Source of the DNA: Octopus sinensis
Taxonomy: Eukaryota
Reading direction: 5' to 3'
Assembly (NCBI RefSeq): GCF_006345805.1
Contig: NC_043026.1
Coordinates: 4,960,001 to 5,024,000 of the forward strand
Length of the DNA stretch: 64,000 bases
Made by a program: the position numbers and the translations under genes. Of the stretch, positions 1 through 13,365 are shown one piece after another (within the stretch, counting starts at the first letter, position 1; every line of letters begins with the position of its first letter). A model generated the notes under the pieces. It was not told the DNA's origin and did not search any database. It saw nothing but the letters and a program-made list of their open reading frames with translations.

Positions 1-508
1 GCGGGTGCGCTATTGGGCGTCGTCGCCGTTCGCGTTCTAGCGGTAGTAGCACGTCCACCTTCCGGTCGTTTCGGCCCGCACGGTTCCTCCGAGTGTCCGA
101 GGCGGCCGGTACGTTCACTGTGAAAAAATTAGAGTGCTCAGAGCGAGCCCCGCCGGCTGCATACGAAAAGCATGGAATGATGGAAAATGGCCTCGTCCGC
201 GCGTCATCCATCGGTCTCCGTTCACGACGAGGCAATGATCGAAGGGAGCGATCGGGGCCATTCGTATTGCGACGTTAGAGGTGAAATTCTTGGATCGTCG
301 CAAGACGCACTGCAGCGACGGCGTGTGGCAAGCACGTTTTCCTCGATCAAGAGCGAAAGTCGGAGGTTCGAAGACGATCAGATCAGACCGTCGTAGTTCC
401 GACCGTAACGATGCCGACTGGCGCTCCGCCGGCGTTCGCTTCCATGACCCAGCGGGGAGCCTGCGCGGGAAACCATAGTCGGTTCCGGGGGAGTATGGTT
501 GCAAAACA

Positions 509-554
<46 letters not shown>

Positions 555-1431
555 GCGGCTTAATTTGACTCAACACGGGAAAACTCACCCGGTCCGGACA
601 CCGGTAGGATTGACAGATCGATAGCTCTTTCTCGATTCGGTGGGTGGTGGTGGTGCATGGCCGTTCTTAGTTGGTGGAGCGATCCGTCTGGTTGATTCCG
701 ATAACGAACGAGACTCCGGCCTGCTAACTAGCGCGTCGATTAGTGCTTTTCCGGTAGCGCGGCGGCGCCGAAGCCGTCGTCGGTAGCTCCGCGCGCGGCC
801 CGGGCTTGCCGTTGCCGCCGCTCTCCTTCGCGTCCGGCGCTGCGGCCGCGTCCGGCGCTGCGGCCGCGTCCGGGCCGTCCCCCGTTCGCGGGGGTTCGGT
901 CGCGGCGTGGTTGCGGCGTCGGTTGCGGAGCGGCGGCGGTGACCCAGTCGGCTCGGCCCGCGCGAGCCCGGCGGCGGCACGCCGTCGCGTCGGGCCAGTC
1001 GGTGGCGAACGCAGCGCTTCTTAGAGGGACGGGCGGCAGAAAGCCGCACGAGGCGGAGCGATAACAGGTCTGTGATGCCCTTAGATGTCCGGGGCCGCAC
1101 GCGCGCTACACTGGAGGTATCAGCGGGCGCGTCTCCCCGGCCCGAGAGGTGGGAGGGGCTCTGAACCACCTCCAGGGACGAACGGCCTCTGATAGGGAAT
1201 CGGGCCTGGAACCAACCCCGTGAACGAGGAATTCCCGGTAGGCGCGGGTCATCAGCCCGCGTCGATCACGTCCCTACCCTTTGTACACCACCCGTCGCTA
1301 CTACCGATCGAACGGTCCGGTGAGGTCCTCGGATCTGGCGACGAGTCCGCTTACGCGCGGCGGCGTTTTGCGCCGTCGTTGGCGCGTTCTCTGATGGCCC
1401 GGAGAGGAGAAGACGACCGAACCCGATCGCT

Positions 1432-1489
<58 letters not shown>
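1..1489 (+). rRNA. 18S rRNA: 18S rRNA gene, 3' part (from V4 to the 3' end); possibly a degenerate or low-quality copy
   Basis: Conserved eukaryotic SSU motifs: GTTAGAGGTGAAATTCTTGGA, AAACTTAAAGGAATTGACGGAAGGGCACCACCAGGAGTGGAGC, ATAACAGGTCTGTGATGCCCTTAGATG, and the 3' end AAGTCGTAACAAGGTTTCCGTAGGTGAACCTGCGGAAGGATCATTA (ends 1489). Large GC-rich expansion at ~730-1015 (V7). Confidence 0.97.
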
Positions 1490-1975
1490 GCGCCATCTTT
1501 TTTGGAAAACGCAAACTTGCGATCCGCCCAATTGCCAAGTCGCGGCCGGGCCCCCTCGCCCGAGTACCACCGAATGCTCTTGTTTTGGCCCTCTAACAGC
1601 GCAGCAGCAGCAGTAGGGGCAGCCCACCCACACGCCGAACTCTCTGCTGCCGACCGCGCAACCACCCTGCCGGCGTCGGCCTGCCCTCATGGCACTCGGA
1701 CGACGGGGCTTGTACGCTTTGCGAGCTCCATAACCATTTCTCTCTTCCTTCCTGCCTCGCCCGACCGCGCGATTCGGCCTAGGCCGTGGGTGCTGCCCGG
1801 CGCCTTCCGATGACCACCGAAATGCGCGGCCGCTGTTCCTCGCCTCCTAGCGCTCTCGAGAAACTTGCCGAGCTGTAAGTCGCGGCCGGGCCCCCTCGCC
1901 CGAGTACCACCGAATGCTCTTGTTTTGGCCCTCTAACAGCGCAGCAGCAGTAGCGGCAGCCCGCCGACACGCCGT
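1490..1975 (+). other. ITS1, truncated, with an internal ~100 bp direct repeat (1537-1637 / 1877-1974); no 5.8S follows
   Basis: GC-rich spacer directly after GGATCATTA. The segment AAGTCGCGGCCGGGCCCCCTCGCCCGAGTACC...CACGCCG occurs twice. Composition switches abruptly to AT-rich sequence at ~1976. Confidence 0.8.
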
Positions 1976-1989
1976 AATCTCTTGTCTGA

Positions 1990-2470
1990 CTTAATAGCAT
2001 CCCCTGATAGGATCTATTAAATCATTTTCAAGTCATATTTTGTGGTATCGAGCCCCATTCACGTAGGGAGTTGTTGAGTGAGATGTACCCAGGTATTGGG
2101 GGTTTCTCTGGTATCCCCTGAGGAAATTTGTCCAGGTTTCATTTAAAGGGAATGGGATAGTATTTTTTTTTCTTTGATTTGTTTTTGGATAACATTATAT
2201 GGAATAGGGTCCTGTTGAGGAAAAGAATTATATTGCTGTGGATTTATGTGTTGTGATCCTGAATTGTGTAGGGGCCATGTGACACGTGGCCACCCTAGCC
2301 CTGGATGTATTCTGAATCAAATATTAATGTTGTTTCAGCAATGCTGGTCATGTATTCGCCACATCGTGCAAGATGGCTTTGGAGAGAATAAAGTTTCAAT
2401 GCTTTATGTGTGGTCCCAATAATCAAGACGAGTCATACTTTGTATTTCTTAATGATTGCTCTCTGGAGTG
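1990..2470 (-). mobile_element. Decayed CR1-type LINE 3' end
   Basis: Minus-strand translation FK*NLDKFPQGIPEKPPIPGYISLNNSLREW resembles CR1-group ORF2 C-termini (compare FKSKLDIFLSTVPGEP at 47.5 kb). Confidence 0.6.
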
Positions 2471-2649
2471 ACTCATTTCTCTTAATGTTTTGTGTGGTGT
2501 GGGGCAGGGGTGGGGGACCGTAGGGAGCAGCATCATTTTAGGTGTGGCTGCTCAAAAGAGGAGAGTGGGGGAACAATTGCATCTTGCTCTCCGGAATGGA
2601 AAGTTCCGAGGATCCAGGAGCTCGTCCTGCAAGCTATATTGACTTCATT

Positions 2650-3110
2650 GTTGATGCATAGCAAGCATAAGACCGCTGTCCCACCCGTAGGTCCATTGAG
2701 AGACAATAACAGGATTCTCCACCACAACGCTAAAGACATGGCTCAAGTACTACAGAAACAATACTGTCCTGCCTTTAGCGATCCCACTGATACTGATGCA
2801 AGGGATGTGAACGGGGTCAACCCTCAGCATATTATCTCTACCATAACTGTCTCACACACTGAAGCAGCAAAGAAGACCAAACTGAACACGTGCAGTTTGC
2901 AAAAGAGAATGCCCTCAGCCGACCATATTCTCTTCCATCAGAGGAACTACTCACAGCATCCAAAAGTAGAGACTTAGGAGTAGCCGTTGGAAACAGTCTC
3001 GACTGGAGTGTTCTCATCAACACTAAAGTCAATATGGTTCACAGAATGAGCTCCTCAATCCTTAGAACCTGCCAGTCCAAGGTGCCAAAATGTCATCAGA
3101 CCATTTCCTC
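2650..3110 (+). mobile_element. Decayed CR1/Jockey-type LINE fragments with the RT core deleted
   Basis: VGPLRDNNRILHHNAKDMAQVLQKQY (pre-RT linker) is joined to RDLGVAVGNSLDWSVLINTKVNMVHRMSSSILRT (post-RT region). Confidence 0.6.
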
Positions 3111-3124
3111 CACCTCTGTCCACC

Positions 3125-4060
3125 TTACATGACCATGCCAGTGCAGTCATCTATCTTGTACGCCACATCCGATGTCTCCAATTTTCTCAGCACATTTCTT
3201 TGTCCTAAAAGCACCCTGGTATTGCACATCCAGTGGAGCATGCTAGTTTCTTCTCTTTCTATATCTTCTGCATTCAACTCCTAACTTTCACAACTGTGTA
3301 GCTTTGCTGTTTGTATATAGGCATCGTACAACCTACCTTTCACTCTGAGAGAAAAGTCTTTCATTACCAACTTACATAAAAGTTCTCTAAGCTTTCTCCA
3401 CTCACATCTTATTCCACTAACTATCCTGTCAGTCTATCCTCCTCCACTGTTAATTAGCTCACCTAGATAACAGAATCTGACTACTATTTCTAGGGAGCCT
3501 CCTAGGTATTCCAGGACATCTATTTCCCATGTTCTCTTATTACATATTGCTCCTGCATATCTGCCACAAACAACTTCTGTTCTCTCTCTTTACATTCCTC
3601 TCATACCACTACACCTCTTATGCATCCATGGTTTGCACTGAGGACATTGTAAGCAATTTCTGCCTACACCTTGTCTATACATGGAACAGGGTCATTTACC
3701 CAAACGGATTACTGCCCTATTTTTCTGCTAACTTGAACTTGGGTCTTTGCCAACTTAACTTTAAGACCCTTTCATTCCTGGTTTTGTTTTCACATTTGGA
3801 ATTCTCAAATTAATTCTCCTAAGTTTCAGCTGTAAGAACAAGATCTTCATCATAGAGGAGTTCCCATGGGTAACCAGTCTTAAATTCCTCCGTTATGGCC
3901 TTGACGACTATGTAAAATAAGAGAGGTCTCATGACTGACCTATGATTGAACTCCCACTCGCACACTAAATTCATCTCGCTGTACTCATTGTTAACTGTCT
4001 TCTTCATTATCTGGGCTACGGCTCTTGCAGGGACATTTATAACCTGGTCTAGTAATTTAA
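3125..4060 (-). mobile_element. Decayed RTE-clade LINE fragment
   Basis: Minus-strand IKLLDQV...PLLFYIVVKAITEEFKTGYPWELLY matches the RTE family at 43.9-45.8 kb. The reverse complement of the FSLRVKGRLYDA region lies near 3320-3370. Confidence 0.85.
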
Positions 4061-4114
4061 TACACACAAGTATACACATACATACGTATATTTGTACATA
4101 TACATATACATACA

Positions 4115-4146
<32 letters not shown>

Positions 4147-4299
4147 CATATATGTTTACATATGTACGTGCCAAATCTGCAGCTGGTGCAAAGTCCCATC
4201 CAGACCTAGGGTGACATGGCAGAGGAACAATGCTGTTGACAAGGCCATTAGAGCAAAGAAGATTGGGGGTAGGAGGAAACTGCATCAGATAACCAGAAG

Positions 4300-5530
4300 G
4301 AAAGCTAGGGGACAGGTCTATCTAGCCAAGAGAGAAGCAGAAAAGAAGTTTGCCTATGTTTAGCGACATGAGAACCAGAGTCTTGAAGTGTTTTGGAATG
4401 CAAGACAGTGTATGAGAGAGATTTGTGATGTCATAGGAGAGAAATGTGTCCACATGGATGATGGTTCACTAGCATTTAATGATTTGGCAAGGAAAGAGGC
4501 TTAGAAATTCCATTATGAAAGACTGCTGGACGTGGAGAATGAATGGGAGGAGAGTCTGCCAAATGTTGACCCAACTGAGGGACCAGCTATCCAAAGCGAC
4601 AGTATCTTGATAGATAAAGCAATTAAGAATATGTAAACAGGGAAAGGCCCCGGCCCATCAGGAATCACTGCTGAGATCCTTAAAATATCTTGACATGTGT
4701 GGGTAATGGTCTACTCACTCATATCAAGTTGTTCACGAAGGAGTCATACCCAATGACTGGTGTAGCAGCACCATAGTGAACTGCTACAAATGGGAAGGTG
4801 ATGCTTTAGATAGGAATAATTGCAGAGGTATCAAATTGTTGAATCAAATGATGAAAGTTGCCGAGAGGGTCCTAGCCAAACTAATTAGGGAGAGAGTTAG
4901 TCTAGAAGAGATGCACTTTGGTTTTGTGGTGCCAGGGATGCTATATTTCTGATGCTATATTTCTGGAAGGGCAGCTTCAGGAGTGTTATGGAGAGTGCTA
5001 GCATCTAAATCTGTCTAATAGAATATTCTAGAGAGTTTTACAACTATCCATTTGATTCTATTGGACAGATTTAGATGCTAGTGATCTCCACAACAAAGAG
5101 AAAAATGTAACCAAAAATAAACCCCTGTACTTGGCTTTTGTTGACTTGGAGAAAGCCTTTGACAGGGGCCCCCGATCCCTTATCTGGTCGTCAATGCTGA
5201 AACTAGGGTTAGACGAGTTGTTGGTGAGCCGTTCAAGCAGTGTACAGGGACGCAATCAGCAAGGTGATCGTTGGCAAGGAGTACAGTGAAGAATTCAGGG
5301 TATAAGTAGGTATTCACCAAGGATCGGTTCCCAGCACCCTGTTGTTCATCATAGTTCTCCAGGCAATAACAGAGGAATGTATGACAGACTGCACCTGGGA
5401 GCTCCTCTAAGCTGATGTCTTTGCTATAATAGATGAATCACTTCCAGAACTAGAGAAAAGTTTCAGGTATGGAAGCAAGGTCTAGAATAGAAGGGCCTTA
5501 GAGTTAACCTAGCAAAATCTTAGTAAATAG
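4300..5530 (+). mobile_element. Decayed RTE-clade LINE (RT region, many stops)
   Basis: NDWCSSTIVNCYK, RGIKLLNQMMKV and [14 protein letters not shown] motifs; colinear with 43.9-44.9 kb. Confidence 0.9.
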
Positions 5531-5582
5531 AAGTCAGACACATAATGAATCCCTTCACATACATGCATATATATATCTGAGA

Positions 5583-5920
5583 GACCCCCTTCAGTCACGA
5601 CACTGACCATGGGATTGCACCTAGAAAGTTACCCTCCCAGGCACAAGTCCGGGCAAGGTTGTTTATGGAAGACCAGCAGTCGCCCATGCATACCAGCCTC
5701 CCCACTCTACACTACCAGTGTTATCCAAGGGAAAGGCAAAGGGGCCGATACAGCTTGCCACCTGTGACACTGCAACTCATTTCTAAGGCTGAGTGAACTG
5801 GAGCAACGTGAAATAAAGTGTCTTGCTCAAGAACACAACATGAAGCCAAGTCCGGGATTCGAGCTCACAACCTCACGATTGTAAGCTCGATACTCTAAAC
5901 ACTGAGCCATGCACCTTCAC
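5583..5920 (-). mobile_element. tRNA-derived SINE, family A (other copies at 31281-31596 and 34202-34517, partial at ~6750-6880)
   Basis: The minus strand has a tRNA-like head with A/B boxes (GGCTCAGTG...GAGCTCGAATCCC). Body sequences are near-identical between copies. Confidence 0.85.
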
Positions 5921-5960
5921 ATATATACACTCATACATCTATCTATATATGTATATATGT

Positions 5961-6011
<51 letters not shown>

Positions 6012-6663
6012 ATATATATGTGTGTGTGTGTGTGTATATATACACACACACACACACACATATATCTATCTATACATACACATATATATACCCACATATA
6101 TGCATTCACATGTACACACACATACATACACATAGTTTTCTTGCACTTGTTAATCAGTCACCTCTCCACGTGACACACACCACTTTAAATACCACTTCAG
6201 ATATTGAAATATATTCTTTGGAATGACTTTGTTCCCATTATGTCTGTGTTAAACAGTGATAATGGGGCCATCCATGCCCACCCTCGCCAACTCACTCTCT
6301 AAGCAACCTTACAACACACGAGGAATGTTACCAACGCATGACATAATCTCCAGATAAACTGCTCTTCTCTCTTTGTTGTTTTTAGCAGATTAGATTAACA
6401 ATGTTGACCAAAGTCTTCTCTTATCAGCAAAACAGAACATACACTCTCAGCTAATGAGGGGCTATGTACGTGGTAAATCAACAGACAAGAAATAGCAGCC
6501 AATTTTGCTGCTAATCACACCCTTGTCTTATATCAAAAGACCCCTTAGACAGTGCAGTTGAAAATAGATGTAAAATTTTGGGATGGTCATGAATGGAATG
6601 TTTTTGATCATGAATCCCAATCAGAGAGAGTGAGAAAGAGAAAGAGAGAGAGAGAGTGAGAGA

Positions 6664-6698
<35 letters not shown>

Positions 6699-6879
6699 TG
6701 TGAGAGAGAGAGAAAGGGGGAGAAAGAGAGAAAGGGGGTAAAAGTATAAAGGCTCCCTCCCGGTCATGAATGACCATGGGATTGCACTCTGAGGTACAAG
6801 TCCAGCAGTTGCCCATGCATTCCAGCCTCTGCTCTCCATGTCACCAATGTTGTCCATGGCAAAGGCAAAGGACGATACA

Positions 6880-6933
<54 letters not shown>

Positions 6934-8000
6934 GATATGTGTGTGTGAGAGAGTACTTAGGTGCAGACATGGGTTGGTGGTAAGAAGTCTGCTTCCCAGC
7001 CACATGGTTCTGGTTTCAGTCCCACAGTGTGCCACCATGGGCAAGTGTCTTCTACTACAGACTCACGCACACCGAAGTTTTGTGAGAGGATTTTGTAGAT
7101 GGAAACTGAAAGAAGCCCATCATATGTATACATACATCTAAATGCATAGATCTTTGTGAGTATTTCTTCCCCACAATCGCTTGGCAACTGGTGTGTGTTT
7201 ACATTCCTGTAACCTAGTGGTTCATCAAAAAAAAATCAATAAAATAAATATCAAGACTTTTTTTAAAAATGAGGTCAATTCATGTGTTTAAAACGTTTCA
7301 AGGCAGTGCCCCAGCATGGGCACAATATTGATAGATACATACATATAAATATAAATCAGAAATGGAAAAACAAAACAATAAATTGAACAATGTATGCATG
7401 TTTATGTAATTTATACACATATATAGACACCCCCACCCCATCAGTGGTCTACTACCCCTTCTACCACTCCCCTCTCCAATCACATACCCCTATTCATCTC
7501 CATTTCTGCCCCTCTCCTCTTCTCTCATATTGATGTGACTAACGATAGCACTGGATCTTTCCGGTGGCTCCCTCTACATCAATTCCCTTGTAACAAGAGA
7601 GCCAAGAGACATATATCACCCCCACCCAACACCCCTCTCATGCACATCAGTCTTCTGATACTGTTTGGGGTCCACATATAAGGGAGCTCATCAGATGTAC
7701 ATGTACCCCATACACTCGCTCCCACTAATGTCCATTTGATATTGACATCAACCATTCACTCTCATCATTTATTGAGATGCCTTATATCTCGCTCTTTCTC
7801 ACTTCTAATCCCCTCCAGGGCTGGATCCAGAACAAGAAGGCACCAAGGACACTGTAAGACAGTTGATGTTAGGAAGGACAACACACCATAGAAACGAAAC
7901 CCAAAATAAATATTAAAGGCTAAATGACATCCTGAGACCCATCTGGGAGAGAACCGCTGACCCTCCAATCCATACAAATGGACAAAACAAATATGTACAG

Positions 8001-8031
<31 letters not shown>

Positions 8032-8787
8032 ATATAAATGAAGCTGAAAACACACGCACACATATGAAACTAATAAAATGATGAAGATGGAGAGCCCCTT
8101 CCAATGTGGAAAGGGTCAGTTAAGTAACATTTACATATTTCCCGAAATATAAAAAGATGACTTTTGCCTTTCTACATCGTAAGAAGCTGTCAGTCTCCAA
8201 TGACAAGGCTTCTAGCAAACCACAAGGCTCTTCAGTACATGTGCGTGTGTGTGTGACTATCTATGTATATGTAAGTATGCACACACACACGTCTGCATAT
8301 ATATATCTATAGGCAGGAGTGCCTTTGTAGTAAGAAGCTTGCTTCCCAACCACATGTTTGTGGGTTCAGTCCCATTGCATGGCACCTTGGGCAAGTGTCT
8401 TTGGGCCGAGCAAAGACTTGTAAGTGGATTTAGTAGATGGAAACTGAAAGAAGCCCCTCGTATATATATATATATATATTATATATATAAATAGTTTCTC
8501 AGTGTATTTGCTTTGTATGTCATAATTAGTAATACTGTTAATTATAGCAGTTGCTTAATCACTAGACTGGAGGCAGATACAATACACACACACACTAAAT
8601 ATATTATATATATATGTGTATGTATTATATTTATATATATATGTAAAAACACATTTATCTATGCACACAGAAATAATTGTATGTACATTTATATATGTGG
8701 TGTGTGTGTGTGTGTGTGTGTGTTTGCAAGTATTTATCTCTTTTTCCCTGTAGTGGGAACCTAGCACACACACATCCATATATACGA

Positions 8788-8828
<41 letters not shown>

Positions 8829-8929
8829 TAATATAGAGACACACAGGTAGGACATGTCTAGGCTTTATCATTTGTCTACGTGATCAAATACATAACAGCT
8901 TGTGTGCAAATTTCACACTACACACACAC

Positions 8930-9300
8930 AAGGCGTTAACGTCCACTTCTTCCTGCTATTTATAAATAAGCCTCACCAGTAGGGATTATCACATTTTTGC
9001 CCGTTCTTTCAACTGAACTCACAGACAGAAAGACTTCAGGCTGAAATTCAAACGCAATTATTGACTCAAGTAAGTACTTTTATGATAATTATCTTCATTA
9101 ACAACTTCATTAACACATTTACAGTGTGAAATATTCCTTACAACTATTTCAAACATAACTATGCTGTTATGTTGAAAATTGTTTTATTTTCAGGCAGTAT
9201 TTTTCATACTAGGAACTGTTCAAACATTTCACAAAGTTACATTATAAGCAAAACATTTCATTTCCAGAATATAATATAAAGAATTGTTTGGTTATGACAA
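8930..9300 (+). other. Candidate non-coding 5' exon, 124-nt intron and exon (copy A)
   Basis: ...TTGACTCAA|GTAAGT at 9070 and TTTTATTTTCAG| at 9193. Homologous to 17563-17915, where a donor and acceptor lie at equivalent positions. Confidence 0.5.
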
Positions 9301-9690
9301 GGTCAAAACTATTTGATGGAAATTAAGGAAATGGAAATGTTCATCTAAGGATACAGCATTTTAAGTTGTTTCCAGTAAATTTCTAATTCTCAAGTGAAAT
9401 TAAAAATTTGTAAATCAATTTCATGGCTGTTAAATTGTTTATAGTAAATTTAATGTTTTTCAAAGTTTAGTCAAGGGAGAAGGGCCTTGCCGATGGCCCT
9501 TTATATTTCCAGGGTCTTCAAGAGTGGGGAATGGAAGAAAGACATTCTCAAAACAAGAGACCTAATATACATCAGAGAAATCCTCAGCTAAAGGGGCCAG
9601 GTGATGGTGTTGAAAAAGGTTATAGATTAAGTCTGAAACCCAGGGCAGCAAGAAAAGGATTTGAACCCAGATCACAAAGAACCACATTAA

Positions 9691-9904
9691 CCCTTTCATT
9701 AGAAACCCAGCTGAAACTGGCTCTGAGTACAAATGTCTTATTTTCATTAGTTTTAAATTAAAATCTTCCACCAAAACTTAGTCACAATTTATGTTCCTAA
9801 CTCTAACTTCATAATAACGAATTTATTTTACTAACTTCTTTGTTATATCCAAAGTAATTAAAAGAAACACAGATCATCTCAAAATAAATACAGTAGCGAA
9901 AGGG
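9691..9904. mobile_element. piggyBac-type MITE (214 bp)
   Basis: TTAA|CCCTTTCATTA...TAGCGAAAGGG|TTAA: TTAA duplicated at 9687-9690 and 9905-9908, with 11-bp imperfect CCC-starting TIRs. Confidence 0.8.
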
Positions 9905-11705
9905 TTAAATACTACAAGGAATATTGTCAAATATATAATTCCATCAGACCACCACCTCAGATTGGCATTTTAATTATTGACACTAGCATAATAAAAATCA
10001 AAATTAATCTCGGCAGTATTTGAATTCAGCAGACAAAGAGAATAAATACCACAAGGTATTAAGTCCATATGTTCTAACGACTCTACTAATTGATCTTTTT
10101 CTTTTTTCAATCAATGAAATTTTTTAAAACTGATTTTTTATTTCAATATTAAACTTTGTATATAAATGGAATTGTTCTGGTGATTTCATTTCTATTTTAT
10201 ATCTTTATGTCTTGAAGCAAACAAGAAGAATTGTTTAAATATTAAACAATTCGGTGACAACATATATTTTCTCTCTCAGCACATCTTTATCCTACATCAA
10301 CATTTTAATGTGCAATGCATTAAATATGTTTTCTCACCATCTTCGATATTATTTATTAGATGGATGGCTTCTGGGAAATATTTGACATTGTCTGCATTTA
10401 ATATAAACTCTATTACAAACCAACAACAAAGTCCCCCAAAAATGCCCTTAAAAACATATTAGATAATAACACATTGGTGAGGTCATGGCTAGAAAGTCTG
10501 ACTATAGGGTGACTAGATAAGAATTAACTTTCATCAACAGAAGCCATAATTTTAATTGATTTTAAACAAATATATTTGTTACATTTCAAATATAATTTTT
10601 ATAAAAATAATTTTAATATTTCAACTTTATAAATTGTATTCTGACATTATAAAAGTTAAACATCCTATTAAATTTAAAAAGATTATAGTTTTGATATAAT
10701 TTTATAAATTACATTTAAATATTGTATTTGAAGGAATAATCTATGTTATAATTTGGAGATTTCTGTGGAATTATCAGCTTGGTTGAGAAATAGAATAGTG
10801 ATGGGTTTTTTTTTTAAGTGTAGATTTGTGGATGAGAAAGACATGAATAATAATTGAAGAGAGGGTGTGTCATTTATAGAGATAGGTTAACAGACTAAAT
10901 GGTGATGGTCGTGGTGGTAGAAAGATTTCAAGTTATGTATGTAATGTGTGGCTGATGTGTTTTACTCCTTTAGTTATTGAACCATGGCCATGATGGAGCA
11001 TTGCTTTTATATATTTAACTGATCGTATTAGCACCAGCATTTCTTTTTAAGTCCGGTAAATATTTTAACCGAATCCATTTGTGGATCAGCTAAATTAGGA
11101 AATGGAGTTGATATTTTAATTAAACAGTAAGTACTAATGATTAAATGATGGAAAGAATATATATATATATAAAGTGAGAGAGAGAGACACACACACTTGT
11201 ATACATACATATATACGCACACTCTTCACGTTTGTGCTAATTTCCTCCTACCATTTTATAAACTATAAAAAATGTGTCCAGGATTTCAAATACTTTTACA
11301 AGAAGAGAAAGTTTATATTTTTTTGAACAATTTCAAAAATATTTGATGAATTCTAAAGAAAGAAAATGTAAATTATATTTAATGACAAAAGGTTTTAGAT
11401 TTTGTTTCATGGAAAATTCAAAATTTCTAAATCAATTTTACAGAAATATAAGCTAAGAAATCAAATAGGTACGTAATTGTGTCTTTATTTTTGTCCCACT
11501 AACATTGCTTGACAACCGATATTGGTGTGTTTACATCCCTGTAACTTAGTTGTTCAGCAAAAGACACCAATAGAATAAGTACTAGGCTTACAAAGAATAA
11601 GTCCTGGGTTCAATTTGTTTGACTAAAGGCAGTGCTCCAGTATGGCCACAGTCAAATGACTGAAACAAGTATACGAATAAAAGAATATATATATATATAT
11701 ACATA

Positions 11706-12117
11706 CAGGCGCTGGAGTGGCTGTGTGGTAAGTAGCTTGCTTACCACCCACACGGTTCCGGGTTCAGTTCCACTGCGTGGCATCTTGGGCAAGTGTCTTC
11801 TACTATAGCCTCGGGCTGACCAAAGCCTTATGTGTGGATTTGGTAGACGGAAACTCAAAGAAGCCTGTCGTATATATATGTATATATATGTATGTGTGTA
11901 TGTGTATGGTTGTATGACTGTGTTTGTCTTCCTAGCATAGCTTGACAACCGATGCTGGTGTTGTTACGTCCCCTTCATTAGCGGTTCAGCAAAATAGACC
12001 GATAGAATAAATACTAGGCATACAAAGGATAAGTCCCAGGGTCGAGTTGCTCAACTAAAGGCAGTGCTCCAGCATGGCCGCAATCAAATGACTGAAACAA
12101 GTAAAAGAGTAAAAGAG
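11706..12117 (+). mobile_element. tRNA-derived SINE, family B, full length (fragments at ~6960, 8310, 11490, 13390, 16940, 18440, 35925-36320 minus, 40860, 49600, 51440)
   Basis: Head GGCTGTGTGGTAAGTAGCTTGCTT...GGTTCAGTTCC, internal (TA/TG)n, and tail TGACTGAAACAAGTAAAAGAGTAAAAGAG; recurs throughout the window. Confidence 0.85.
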
Positions 12118-12337
12118 AGAGTATATACACGTACACTATATAAAGACACACACGCATAATATATACATGTCTATGTAAAAGGGAAATAAAATGTTGAAGT
12201 TGATATTGAAAAGGAGAGAGGGAATAAGAGAAAGAGAGAGAGAAGAAAGTAAAAGAAGAGAAGGACATATGAAGGATATAAAATAAGAAAGGGAGGGTTG
12301 TTATCATTATTATTAATTACTATTACTATTATTTGGG

Positions 12338-12733
12338 TGGTGAGCTGGCAGAATCGTTAGCATGCTGGGCAAAATGCTAGGCAGCTATTGTTTGCCTTTA
12401 CGTTCTGAGTTCAAATTTTGCAGACATCAACCTTCATCTTTCGGGTCAATAAAATAAGTACCTTTTGTGTTCTGGGTCGATGCAATCAATTTACCTGCTC
12501 TCCAGAACAAGCTGGCCTTCTGTTAAAATTTGAAGCCAGTATTATTATTATTATTATTTTATTATTATTATTATTACGACTCATCTGCCACTACATTCTG
12601 AGTTCAAATTCCACCAAGGTCAACTTTGCCTTCATCCTTTGGGGTCGATTCAATAACTTCCAGCCATGCACAGAGGCGATGTAATTTACTAGTCCCCTCA
12701 CCCCAAATTTCAGGCCTTGTGCCTATAGTAAGA

Positions 12734-12778
<45 letters not shown>

Positions 12779-13365
12779 CATCATTATTATAATTACTGTG
12801 ACGAGCTGGCAGAATTGTGAGGATGCAAAGCAAAATGTTGAGCGGCATTTTGTCCATCTTTACATTCTGAGTTCAAATTCCACCAAGGTTGACTTAGCCT
12901 CTCATCCTTTGGGATCGATAAATTAGTACTAGTTGAGTACTGGGGTCAGTGTAATAGACTGGACCCTTCCTTGAACTTGCTGGCCTTGTGCCAAAACTTG
13001 AAATCATTTTTATTATATTAAAAAAACATAAAAGAAATCATTGCTGTTGTTGTTGTTGTTTTTGCTGCTGCTGCTAATATTATTATTATTGATGTTGTTA
13101 TTGTTATAGTTATTGATATTCTTCTTCTTATTATTATTAATGTGATGAACAAGCAGAATTGTTACAAAATGCCAGACAAAATACTTTGCATCATTTCTTC
13201 CAAGTTTACATTTTGAGTTCAAATTCCACCAAGGTTGATTTTGCCCCTCGTCCTTTTGGGATTGATAAAATAAGAACCAGTTAGGGGCTGGGGGGTGATG
13301 TAATCAATTAACCCCCCACACCCAAAATTTCAGGCCTTATGCCTATAGTAGAAAGGATTATTATT
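12338..13365 (+). mobile_element. Cluster of four SINE copies, family C, separated by (ATT)n (also ~20280 and ~40020)
   Basis: Repeated GAGCTGGCAGAAT...GAGTTCAAATT...CTTCATCCTTTGGGGTCGAT...CAGGCCTTGTGCCTATAGTA-like units with (ATT)n tails. Confidence 0.8.

Noticed and set aside
93-1813. GC-rich ORFs of 60-200 aa on both strands
   Set aside because: They overlap 18S rRNA and ITS1; high GC suppresses stop codons.
7652-7700. Minus-strand CTGATGAG with short hairpin
   Set aside because: GAAA is replaced by CAAA and helices I and III do not pair; at best a very decayed hammerhead.
9512-9600. Candidate small coding exon (MEERHSQNKRPNIHQRNPQLKGP)
   Set aside because: No homolog in duplicated copy B, and its phase gives an immediate stop if spliced to 23909.
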